64,000 nucleotides of DNA from Lama guanicoe (Eukaryota): assembly GCA_013239625.1 (NCBI GenBank), contig MU054391.1, positions 682,001 to 746,000 of the forward strand, given 5' to 3'. The first letter of the stretch is position 1; the number at the start of each line of letters is the position of its first letter. The notes beneath the pieces are model-generated. The model did no database searches. It was not told the origin of the DNA and was given only the letters and a program-made list of their open reading frames with translations. Of the stretch, positions 1-11,313 are shown in pieces. A program made the position numbers and the translations under genes.

Positions 1-2444
1 AGCAGCCAGTTTTGTGTCTGCTTCCTGGGGAATTAGGGTTTCAAGAGGGGCCCGGGCGGATGTGTTGGGGGCACAGGGTGTCCTCTGGCCCCCAAGGAAT
101 TCCCACCTCTGATTATTCATCCAATCTGCTCCTAACTCAGTGTGACCGGGTGTCCTTGAGGCCCCTTCTCAGTCCAGGATACGAATTTGGAGATTTTCCC
201 CCAAATATCCTGTTTCTCCCAAAATATGTTCTGTGTCAAAAGCACACCCTGAGCCTTGCAGAGAGGGCAGCACAGGGCAGAAGCCTCTGTGCTCAGCCGT
301 CGGGGCCTTCAGGGCAGACGGGGCCTCTCCCAGCTGTCAGTGTTAATTAGCAGGGGGCTGTGGGTAAGACAGCAGAGTCAGCAGGCATTGAAACCAATCA
401 CTTTGTTTCTTCTGCTTGTGTCCCACTCAGTGAAGGGCGTTTTGACAGCATCATGGTGAGTTAGGCCTTTGTGAGCGTCTGGGGTCCTGGTGGTCAGCTA
501 CCACCAGATTGCTGGCATCTCTCCCCTGCCAGCAAGGGAGACCCAGGGGCTCCTGCAGTGGTCCTGGTAAGGGCTTCAGGAGGGCAGCGGGGTGTGGCTG
601 GGGGTCTGTGCGATGTCCAGGGCGGAGTTCAGACCTGGGCTGGCAAAGGTGGGAGCCCCCAGCCACATGTGGGGGTCACATTTCAACTGTATCAACTGAA
701 ATCAAGCCTCTTTAAACCGTCAGCCCCGGGCTGGCCATGGGGGCTGAGCTTCAGCCTCGGACGTGCGGTGACCAGGGGGCTGCACAGAGGACCGTGGTGC
801 CCAGCACGTGCTCTGTGACAGGGCAGGACAGGGCGGGGCTGCCGGGAGGCCCCCAAGGGGTGTCTCCAGAGGAAGCAACCTGCCCCCTGGGGCCCGAGCG
901 TTTTCTAGTTTGGAGGGAGGGTCTGCCCACAGAGGGAGTTCAAGGAGGAGCTGACAGCAGTGGGCGGACGTGGTAAACCGGTCCTCACGTCCAAGCCTCT
1001 GACCAAGTACAGTGCAGGCGTGGTGGCCTCGCGGGCACTCTCGGCGGCCTGTGGGGTCCCTGGGGTGTCTCACCCCGTCTCGCTAGCGTCACGGGGGCTG
1101 ACGATGCACCAGGTGACACCGTCTGCGGGGCCAGCACGCAGGGCTCCGGCCTCTCGGTTCTCAGGGTGTTTCCTCCGACTCCTCGCTGCTCAGAGGGGAC
1201 AGGACGGAGGACGAGGCAGGGCAGGGGCAGGCCTGGACAGAAGGCCGCAGGAGCAGGGCCAGCGCCCAGGGAGGACGCCGAGCCGGGAGGGGTGACCTCA
1301 CAACGCAGTCTCAGGGCAGGCGCTGCCTCCAAGCACAGCTGGGCGGGGACACACCGTCGGAGACAGTCCCGTTCCAGCATTTCTCAGACAGGAACAGGGC
1401 CAGAGCAGGAGGGTCACAACACACGTCCCCAGGACAGTGTGGGCAGGAAGGAGCCGGGAAGCAGGAGGTCCTCGCTGTCCGCTCAGGGGCATAGGGAAGC
1501 AACTCCCAGCTGCCTGGGTCTCCCGTGAGCGCGCCGGGCGGGCGAGGAGGGTGCTCCCCCCTCATCGAGGGGGCTCCTCTCTGTCCCTCACGTTTCTGAG
1601 GCCCCCGTGACTGGACTGCAGGGTTGGGGAGGCCAGGCCACAGGAGGCGCCCCCCCGAATGCCGTCCTGGTGGGGGGGGGCTGGGGTCAGTGAGGGACTC
1701 GTGAGTGGGAGTCAGCGCTTCTCAGTGATGCATTTCTGTTTTCCTCTTAATTTCACCACTGGTTTTGCTAGAACCAGAGCATTTATGCCTTAGGAAGCCA
1801 TTGCTAGAGCTGAAAGCAGAAAGAGGCTTTGAGTTTCAAAGGCTTCGAGACTGGGAGCTGCCAGAGGCAGAAGGAAGTCAGAGCACAGGCCGTGGGTGTG
1901 GAAGGAGAGTCCCTGGAAGGGGAAGGAAGAGCACAGAGAGCCGAGAGCTGCTGGTCCGAGAGGAGGCCCCCGACACGCTGGGGGTGACAGGCCCCCCGCC
2001 CCTCCGGCCCGCGAGCAGCCCGGCAGAGGGGAGAAGCCCCACCGCCTTGGCCAAAGGCCTGGCGCGGTCGAAGGCTGGGGACCAGTGGCCGGAGAGGCCT
2101 GGCGGCCCCAGGAAAACACAGGCCAGTGGTGTGGGCGGGTGACCAGATGGGACAGGCCCAGGAGGCCTCTGGGGCTGCCCGCGCACCAGGATGGACCCCC
2201 TGGATGGATGCGGGCGCCCGGATGCCCTAGGCCCCAGACCAGGTTCTTGTCCGCAGCCGGGGCAGGACGGGGTCAGCGCAGCCACAGAAAATGGGCGGAC
2301 TTTGTGTCTATTACCGTCCGTCACATTTTAGAAACTGCCGTGTTCCTGAAAACCTCCTGTTTGCTCATGAATTGAGGGTGATGTTGTGCTGCTCAGGAGT
2401 GACTGGAGGCGGCAAACCCAGAGGGTCTCAGCTGCGCACACGCA

Positions 2445-2556
2445 TGTGTGTGTCTGTGTGTGTGTTGTGTGTTGTTTGTGTGTTTGTGTGTGTCTGTGTG
2501 TCCATGTGTTGTATGTGTGTTGTGTTTGTCGTGTGTGTCTGTGTGCCCGTGTGTGT
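2445..2556 (+). repeat. Degenerate (TG)n microsatellite
   Basis: tgtgtgtgtctgtgtgtgtgttgtgtgttg... visible directly. Confidence 0.9.
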
Positions 2557-4239
2557 AATGGAGATTACATCACATTCTGGACTGGAAAGCTCTGAAAAGT
2601 TCAGTCTCTTGTTTGCTCCTATTGTTAATTTTTTGTCTGCATGTTGCTCTTTCCTGTAAAATCACGGCCGGCTAAGCTTCTCAGGGCAGAGGCTGTAGTA
2701 AGAGATTTATTTCTCCAAAGACCCCTGCCCTGTGGCTAAAACAGGATACTTGTGGGAGGCGGAGCTTGGGGCCACCCGGGGGTCCCTGTGTGGTGCCCAC
2801 GCTGGGTCAAGCCTGTCCTGCAGGAGGGGTGCGTGTGATGGGGCGGTCGCGCCTTCGATTCGGGGCCAGTGCATAGAACAGCCCTGGGCGGGCACAGTGA
2901 GCCTGCCTGCCTGCCTGCCTGGTAAAGGGGGCCACGAGAGCAGCCCCGAGAGGCACCCCAGCCAAGAGCAGCAAGAACATGGGCCCGGGGCCTGGCAGCT
3001 CCAGGAACTGCACCCTGCCAAGACTCTGGCTGAGCTTTGAGGGGGCCACGGGCTCAGCTGGGGAGGCGCCTGCAGAAACCTGGTTCCAGGCAGTGGGGCC
3101 CGAGCAGCGGCCTGGAGGCCAGGCCGGGCTTCCCACTTGCAGAATCCAAAAGCGGCTGGGTGTCGCTTCGAGCCCTGCGTGCTTGGCTCTTTAGAGACCT
3201 GGTGAGACGCTGTCTAGGAGACCGGATAGGGGGCGCTCAGTCCAGGCCGCGGGGGAGGCTGGGTGGGCTGGTGTCCCCTCTGCCGGCTGTGCCCAGACTC
3301 GGGGCAGACGGGGAGCTGGACGCGCCTGCCCCAGGAGGAGAGAGTCTGCAAACGTCACCTGGGGGGTGCTCCCCGGCAGGGCTGTGGGCGGCCGTGGCGG
3401 CCTCAGCCCGGTGGGCCCGCCGCTGTGAGCCAGCTCTCGCAGGCCCCATGGGAGTCGCAGTCTGGGACAGGTGATGGGTCTGCGTTTTCCCTCCTTCCTG
3501 CTTCCCGACAAATACTGAACTCTGGAGTTCAGTCAAACAGCTAGGTCGTCCAAGGTGCTGGAGGGGGGTCCCCTGAGCCCTCTCCTCTCCTGCGGGTCCC
3601 AGAGAAGCCGCGGCTGTGGGTGTTCCTCTCAGGTTGTACAGGGAAGGAGGGCGTTTCCAGTGCGCTTTTGTCAGACAGAAGCCAGCAGCTGGAGGAGGGC
3701 CCTGGCCACCCCTCCTGTTCCCTCCGACCTGCCCCCTGGCAGCAGAAGCGGGGCGCCGGGGCCCAGGGAGGGCAGGAGGGGTGCAGGCTGTCCCTGCGGG
3801 AGAGTCGAGTGTCCAAGGACAAGAGAAGAGCTGGGGCGGCGGGCCCCGGCTGGTCTGCAGCTGGGACCGGGCTCCTGGGCTGGAATCTGGGTTTATCACT
3901 CTTGAGTGAAAATGGCTGGGCTGCCTCGGTGTCTTCCGTCCACACGCATGGCTTGGTGAGTGGCCGTGGTCGCAGCCTGAGAGGGAGCAGAAGGCAGACA
4001 GGGACCCATCCGGGGAGGCCCAGGGCGGCGGGCGCTTCTCCTGGGGCAGCTGGGTGGGGAGAGGCCTGCCCACTTCCTCCCTCTCACTGGCGTCCACCCC
4101 ACAGGAGCTGGGGCAGGTTGGTCGCATGCCCTCAGTGGCCACGGTTTCTTCAGTGCTTGCCCTGCGACAGTCCTGTGCTCAGTCTTGCGGCATCCAGACA
4201 GACAGACTGAGATGCAGGCCGTCTATGCACGAGGCAGTC

Positions 4240-4335
4240 CCTGGTTGAATCCTGACTTTCTCCGTGCTGGCTGGCTGCATTATTGTTCTCATCTCTAAAA
4301 TGGGAACGACGTGGACCTCAAGGTGCTGTTGTCAC
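4240..4335 (+). mobile_element. MIR SINE remnant
   Basis: ggttgaatcctgactt...ttctcatctctaaaatggg...acctcaaggtgctgttg resembles the MIR core. Confidence 0.55.
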
Positions 4336-5082
4336 CTGTGTACCAGGTTTTGGTAAAAACTATGGCTTCTCGACATCACGGAGGGTCAGGTGCATAAACG
4401 AACGCTTCCCCTTCTCCCTGGGCTCGGGAGGAATGCATCGCCCGGCACTTTGGGTGGACACGTTCCCCAGCATCCCACGTGGGCTGCATCTCCCAGCGTC
4501 TCTCGCACTCGGTGATGCTGTGGACTGGGCTCCCCCTGGGATGTGAGGGGGCGGTACCAGCCCCGTCCCCAGCTGGATGCTGCAGCCTCCTTTCCTCGCT
4601 CTGCTGTGGGGTGAAGACAAACCTTGGAGGCCTCCTGTCCTGCCCGCCCATCCAGGGCTGGCTCCAGTCCGAGTGTTGTTAAGGCAGTGAGCACGTCCCA
4701 GCGCATGCTCACATTCACGAGACGACTGATTAAGAAAACAACTCGTGGTCAGTACTCAGTACGGTGATGTGTCTTGACTACCGTTTTCCTGGAAGTATCA
4801 AGCAATGTCCACATTCTAGGACAGGCAGCATCCCATTTACAGAGGACTGGAGTGAAACTGAAAATAAATACGTTAGTTCATGCGGTCTGGGCGGAAGCAG
4901 TGCAAGGAGGTCTGGGAGGTAATTTTTAAAAAGTTTACTTGGTGGCGCCCACTGAGAGATGGCGTTCTTCTGAGATCATTTACTTATTTACACATTAGTG
5001 TTAGAATCATGCCTTTAATTCTGGAGGGTCTTCCTAATTTTACTTAGAGTTGGGTAGGAGTGAGGTGACGGCGAGTTACGAT

Positions 5083-5187
5083 CGGTATGCTTGCACGTAA
5101 GGAAGCTCAGCAGGTAAGAACCCACCCCCATTCCACGGTATGCTTGCACGTAAGGAAGCTCAGCAGGTAAGAACCCACCCCCATTCC
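5083..5187 (+). repeat. Perfect 52-nt direct tandem duplication (period 53)
   Basis: cggtatgcttgcacgtaaggaagctcagcaggtaagaacccacccccattcc at 5083 and again at 5136. Confidence 0.95.
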
Positions 5188-5754
5188 CCCCCCCCACCGC
5201 CTCTGCCGGCCCCACGGCGAGCACCAGTCCCGACGCCATCACCCCCAAGTCAGGTGAGGCCCCGGTGGAACGTTCTCCTTCCTCTCTCCCTGTCCCTGCG
5301 CCTGACACCTCTGACCCTGGCCCCGGGCTCTCGGGTCACTGGACCCTCAGGCACCTGCTGAAGCTCTCCTGTCTCTCCTGAGATTCCAGTGCCTTGGTCG
5401 GCATCTGGTGGACACACAGCTGCTCCCAGTCTTAGACACAGCTCTGATCAATTTTATAAAAAATGCCCCAAGTCACTGGTGCAGGAAAACACTCCCTAGA
5501 GGCTACAAGTGCAAGCACGAGCGAGGCGTGTGGGTGCTCGGGAGCTAAGACGTGGTCCCATCCACGCAGGCGCTCAGATCAGAGCCAGGGTTCCTGCATT
5601 GATGCAGTCGTGGGACGTGAAGGGATGGGACTGCCCACGCAGAGAGAGGAGTCAGGGCCGTTTCACCAAGTTGGCAAAACCATCAGTGCTGAGAAGAGGC
5701 AGGATGGCTCGGAGGAGGGGGTCCTGGCTCCGGGGAGGGGGCCCTGGCTCGGAG

Positions 5755-5905
5755 GAGTTGGGCTGCCGGGGTTTGAACCCTGGCTCTGTCACTTACAAAC
5801 TCCATGAACTTGGACAGCACATCAATTCTCTTTGACTTAAATCTTAATCTTTCAAACAGGAGTCATGAGGGTACCTATTTCATCAGATTGTGTGAAGCTA
5901 AGGAC
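5755..5905 (+). mobile_element. MIR SINE remnant
   Basis: ggtttgaaccctggctctgtcacttac...gaacttggacag...acctatttcatcagattgtgtgaag matches the MIR core layout. Confidence 0.65.
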
Positions 5906-7399
5906 AGAGGTGCTTGGCGCTCAGGCAGCCCTGATCTCATCAAGCAGCATTATCTGGAGGATGAGGGGGCATTTCTGGGCAGGTGAGGGCGTGGAGAAGG
6001 GTGTTCTGGGCAATGGGGAGGCGCAGAGGCCTGGGCTGCTCTGATGGGTACCGAATTCTGCAGGAGCCTTGCTGTGGCAGCTCCGGAAGGCTAGCTCAGA
6101 GGACGGGGTGCTGGCCCCCAGGCGGAAGCAGGTCAGGTCAGGAAGCATGGGTGCCCACCCGGCACTCAGATGTGACTTCCCAGGCAGTGAGGCCCTTCCC
6201 GCCTCTCTGCTCTCCCGCCACCCTGGACCCTGCTCTCAGCGTCCACTCCACCACTGGTGCCCCCGAGCCTGCATCCTTCCCTGTGTGTCCTGCAGCAGGG
6301 CGACACCCTGTTTCTCTTTCTGCTCCTGATGACCGATGCACCCAGGTGCCTCCCGGCGGGCGCCCAGTGCACAGTCACTTGTCTGCTGTGGGCCCGCACC
6401 TCCAGCCCCCATCTCACCCAGCTGCATCCCCTTTCTCATGCTCCTAAAGGAAGCTGTCCGCGACCCCTGAGCACTCACCGGCGATGCGCACTCGCAGGGG
6501 TTGCCTCCCACCTCACCCGCGGGTTCTGACCAGCCAGTTCTGACCGTAAAGTCTTTTCCTACGTCCTTACAGCATCTCTGTTCAGGAACAGCAGCCCCAC
6601 CCTGCCCCGTCCCTACCGGGATGAATGTGAAATGGGAGGAAATGATTGTGCAGCAAACGGGGCGCTCGGAGCGTGTGCCACCTCTGTGTCCTTGTACTTG
6701 AACACCTGTGTGGTGGCCTCCCCAGGAGGACATCGGGGTGAGCAGGCTTCCCGGGACCCGGAAGCGTGGCAGGGGCTCCCCATCACCTTCTGTATCACTA
6801 GGTTGTCACAGCTTCTGGGAAAAGGACAATAAACAGGCACCTGTTTCGTCTGGTCTTTCTTCTGAGTCTGAAAGCTGCTCTGTTTTCAGGGCGCGTGCGA
6901 TGCACAAGGAGCCTCACCTCAGCGCCTCACCTGGGGCTCACCAGGGCCTTGAAGGTCTGGACAACCACCTGCCAGCTCTGGGTGGGCGGCCGGGCCCTGG
7001 GCCCCTCAGGGGGATGAGCCAGTCGCAGACGGACTGGAGCCCTGTGACCCACTCCTGTGAGGCCCTGAGAGTTGGAGCCACTGGACGGCAGGCCCGGGGC
7101 CGGGGCCGGGAGCTAGCGCTGGGGGGCAGAGCTGTGCTTGGCCCGTGAGAGCTCTGGGGAGGCTGGTCTGATGCCCGCTGGACGGTGCGTGGGTGCTGAT
7201 CGGCCCTGCGCTGGACGTGAAAGTGCTTAAATGGTGCATTCGGTGTTCCGTGTGTTTACACAACTGTAAGAAGGTAGGTCCAGGCTCTCAGGGTCCTGTC
7301 CTCCCCTCTCACCCCCGTCCCCGCCCTGGGTCTCTTCACATGGTCACACCCAGGACGGAGGCCGCCGGTCACGGGGCTCCAGGGAGGTCTGAACACTTT

Positions 7400-8720
7400 C
7401 CACATGACATCCCCGCCCCCGCCCCTGCTCAGAGCGCCGAGGCGGGGGCTCAGATGGCTGCGACACACTCTCGCAGCGAAGTATCAGAGATCTGCCGCTC
7501 AGGCAGGGCCCCACGGGGACAGAGCCGCTTCTGAGTTGCTCCGAGGCTCCGCCCTCCAGCTCTGGGCCCCGCGGAGCCCGGTGTCCCCGCCCGGATCCCC
7601 GGCCTCCCCGCCCCGCGCAGGCCGGGTGGGCGCGGCCGGCTGGCTTGTCGGGTGTGCCCTGGACTCGGGGCGCCTCCCGGGACCCCCTCGACGCCCTGGG
7701 TGAGCTGTCTGCAGAGCACAGGGCTCATCACAGGGATTCCAGAGCAGAGAGGCTCTGTCCGAGTCAGCGAGCCACCAGCTGTCTTCACCAGGCGCACCTG
7801 CGCCCTGAGGTCGCTCCAGCTGCCTGGACGAGGCTGCGTGTGAGTCAACTCCCTCTTCAGCCAGAGGCCCCAGGAAGGTGGGTCCCTCCGGGGACAGAGA
7901 CAGGAAGGCCAGACACCCGGGAGAGGCTGCACCGGGGCCCTAAGTTTGGCCCCTGGGTGTCAGCCAGCGGGTGCGCGGGGGCGGGGGGAGGGCGGGGGGA
8001 GGGCGGGGGCGTGGCCGAGGTGGCGGCGGCCCCGCCCACAGCGACTCCGGGAGTCAGGGGCCGCCGTCCTCCCGCGGCCGCAGGACGCGCCGAGCGGCCC
8101 GCCCGCGGAAGGGGTCCCGCCTGCCCGCGGCTCCTGGAGGCCATTACTCTCCTGACACGCGGCGAAGGTCCGGGGACACGGCGGACGCCACACCTCCAGC
8201 GTTCCGCGCACGCCCGGCTCCTGCGCGGTTAAGGGGCCGCCGGCCTCCCGCGGCCGCAGGACGCGCCGAGCGGCCCGCCCGCGGAAGGGGTCCCGCCTGC
8301 CCGCGGCTCCTGGAGGCCATTACTCTCCTGACACGCGGCGAAGGTCCGGGGACACGGCGGACGCCACACCTCCAGCGTTCCGCGCACGCCCGGCTCCTGC
8401 GCGGTTTCGGGAACCCAGGGTCGCTCCGCGTTACTCGGAGAAGTGGACCCATTTCCACGCGCCCCGGCTCAGCAGCACGTGCCCGCCCTTCCTCAGGGGC
8501 CGCGTGGGCGGGGTGCACCGTCGTCTGAAAGCTTCACGGACCACGGAAGAGTTAGGGAAGCCGGAGCTTTCCGGGGGGCATTTGGGCCGGCCTATCAGAA
8601 TTTGGGACAAGGGTTTTTGCCTCTAGGTCTGTATTCCGAGGGCCCGCTGCCCAGGGACGAGCAGGTGTCTGCGGAAGGGAGCTCCCTGTCCGGCCCTGGG
8701 CGGCGCTGCATCTGGAACGG
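7400..8720. promoter_or_regulatory. Intronic CpG island with GC boxes and a G-quadruplex-like tract (7977-8009)
   Basis: Very high GC and CpG density; GGGGGcGGGGGGaGGGcGGGGGGaGGGcGGGGG. Confidence 0.7.
8056..8406 (+). repeat. Near-perfect 175-nt tandem duplication (period 176) inside the CpG island
   Basis: Copies at 8056-8230 and 8232-8406; the only difference seen is ccgccgTcct versus ccgccgGcct. Confidence 0.95.
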
Positions 8721-9767
8721 AGACCGGACCCCGTGACTGGGAAGCAGGGGGGCTCTGAGTGGAAGGAGATGTTTCGCCGAGCCCGCACCTGCCTGCTGCC
8801 AGCTGGGCCAGGGGAATCCTGCCGAAGGCACTACACCGTGTCCTATGCAGGTGCCTACGACACACTGAGACCTGCTTGCATTAAAAGGGAAAATTGGGCG
8901 TGGGGTAGGGGTTGGGGCCTCTGTTCCCCCCGGACGCATTCAGCAGGGCTGGGTGCCTCTCTGTTCAAAGGAACTTCCTGCGAAGCGGGGACTCCGCTTG
9001 GAAAGACTCCGGGAAAGACGTTCGTCCCTTCCCAGGCCCGCTTGTCCCGTCTGAGTTTGCTACCTGGGCAAGAACTTCTTTTACACTAAAACAAACCTTC
9101 CCACAAATGCTGGGGCCCGTGGTCACCCGTCACTCCTCCCAGCTCATCCCGTGCTCAGCAGGGCTCTGCAGGTTGCGGCGGGTGCACAGTGTTTACGCGG
9201 AAGGCGGAGGTCGGAGAGGTCCAGCTCGACGAGCCCCAAGGGGCTGCGTCGTGTGTGTGACGCTGTGTCCCCCCCCCCAGGAAGCAGGGCACCTCTGTGC
9301 TTCGCCCACACCCGCAGTCCTCACTCCTACAGGGGCCACTCGACTCAACAGGACAGGCCGTCGGGTAGGCAGTGTGACGCCCCACGTTCCTCTTTAAGTT
9401 AAGCGATGACGACTGGTTCCCCGGGAGGCTTTGTGGTGTCCCTCACGAGGCCCTGAGCCCAGCTGCACCCACCTTCCTCGAGGGGGCCTGCCTGCAGTCT
9501 TCAGCCGAAACGAGCAACTAAGTCCACAGACGCTCTTGCGTGCGTGTGCACGTGTGCGAAGCGCAGCCTCTCTCCCGCGGACCCTGATCGAAGCCCCTGG
9601 AAACCCGCCCCGCGCACGGCCGGGCCAGGGCGAGTCTGCGCCTTCCCAAATCGATGTGCGCCCCCCTCTTTCCCCAGACCTCACGGAGGCCGTGCGCTTG
9701 GCGCCGCGGGTTCCGGCATTCTCTCCCTCGACCCGGGGATCGCTTGGGAGCCGGGCAGGCGCACTCA

Positions 9768-10349
<582 letters not shown>

Positions 10350-11099
10350 TTATTTTTAGTAGATTATTTTATAAGCCTGTGTTCTTCTCAAGGGCTGTTT
10401 GTTGGGCTGTGTTTTCTGAGACCAGAGGACACCCTTCCAGCTGGAAAGGACTTTACGCAGCAGAGGCGACATTTAGCTAAGACCTCGCCAGCACTTTTTT
10501 TAAATAAACGGGAACATCACTGGCTGCAGCTGAAGGTCGACAGGAGGCGAGTCAGCTCGTGCACCTTCTGAAACTTCCCGTCGCGGGTGTGGCAGGGGGC
10601 CGACTCACCGCGAGACTGCAATCGTGTTTGCATTTTAATTGCCATTTTCATTGTAATCAGAATTTTTCTCCAGAGACACTGAGTGAGATTAAAATTTCAG
10701 GAAGCCGGCAACAGGTTTATCTCACAGTTTCTTGAGAGCCAGGCTCTCTGGGCAGGGGCTCGGGGCCAGCACCTGGGGGAGAGTGGGACGCTGGTTTCTC
10801 CCCAGGGGACGGTCTCCGTCCCGCCTCAGCGGGAGGCAGAGCACGTGCTGCTGAGTGACTCTCACGAGCCAGGACGTCAGGGAAATGTCCACTTTCAGTG
10901 CTGTGCTGCCGAATATGCCTCTCCCAGTAAATGAAGCTGCTTTTTCCACCAAGGGGTAGAGGGAGCTTTCTCATCACTTGCTTACTGGAACACTGGCTGG
11001 GGGGACACCGGGTCATCACCTCACCTGCTATTCAGGGGACGCTTTTGGCCAGGTGGCAGGTGAGCCCTGGTCTTAGCTCAGGCGCTGTGACCTCGCAGG

Positions 11100-11177
11100 G
11101 GACGGAGCTCTCCCAGCCTGACCCCCGCCCCCCCAACGCATCGGACGGAGCTCTCCCAGCCTGAGCCCCGCCCCCCC
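11100..11177 (+). repeat. Short direct duplication (about 35 nt, period 43) containing C-runs (G-runs on the sense strand)
   Basis: ggacggagctctcccagcctga(c/g)ccccgcccccc occurs twice. Confidence 0.85.
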
Positions 11178-11229
11178 TCCCCCCCGCCTGCAGCCCTGCC
11201 CACTCCCACTCCACGCCCCGGCCGCGCAC

Positions 11230-11313
11230 CTGATGGGCTCCTGGTCTTCCTTGTCCTCCTTGCTCTGCGCTATCCTGATGCCGCTCTTCTTGGCTCTTGG
11301 GCAACCTGAAAGG
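11230..11313 (-). CDS. MYT1L: MYT1L coding exon (about human exon 20), 84 nt: [27 protein letters not shown](R)
   Basis: Acceptor cttcctcag|C, donor AG|gtgcgc; phase 2-2. Confidence 0.96.
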
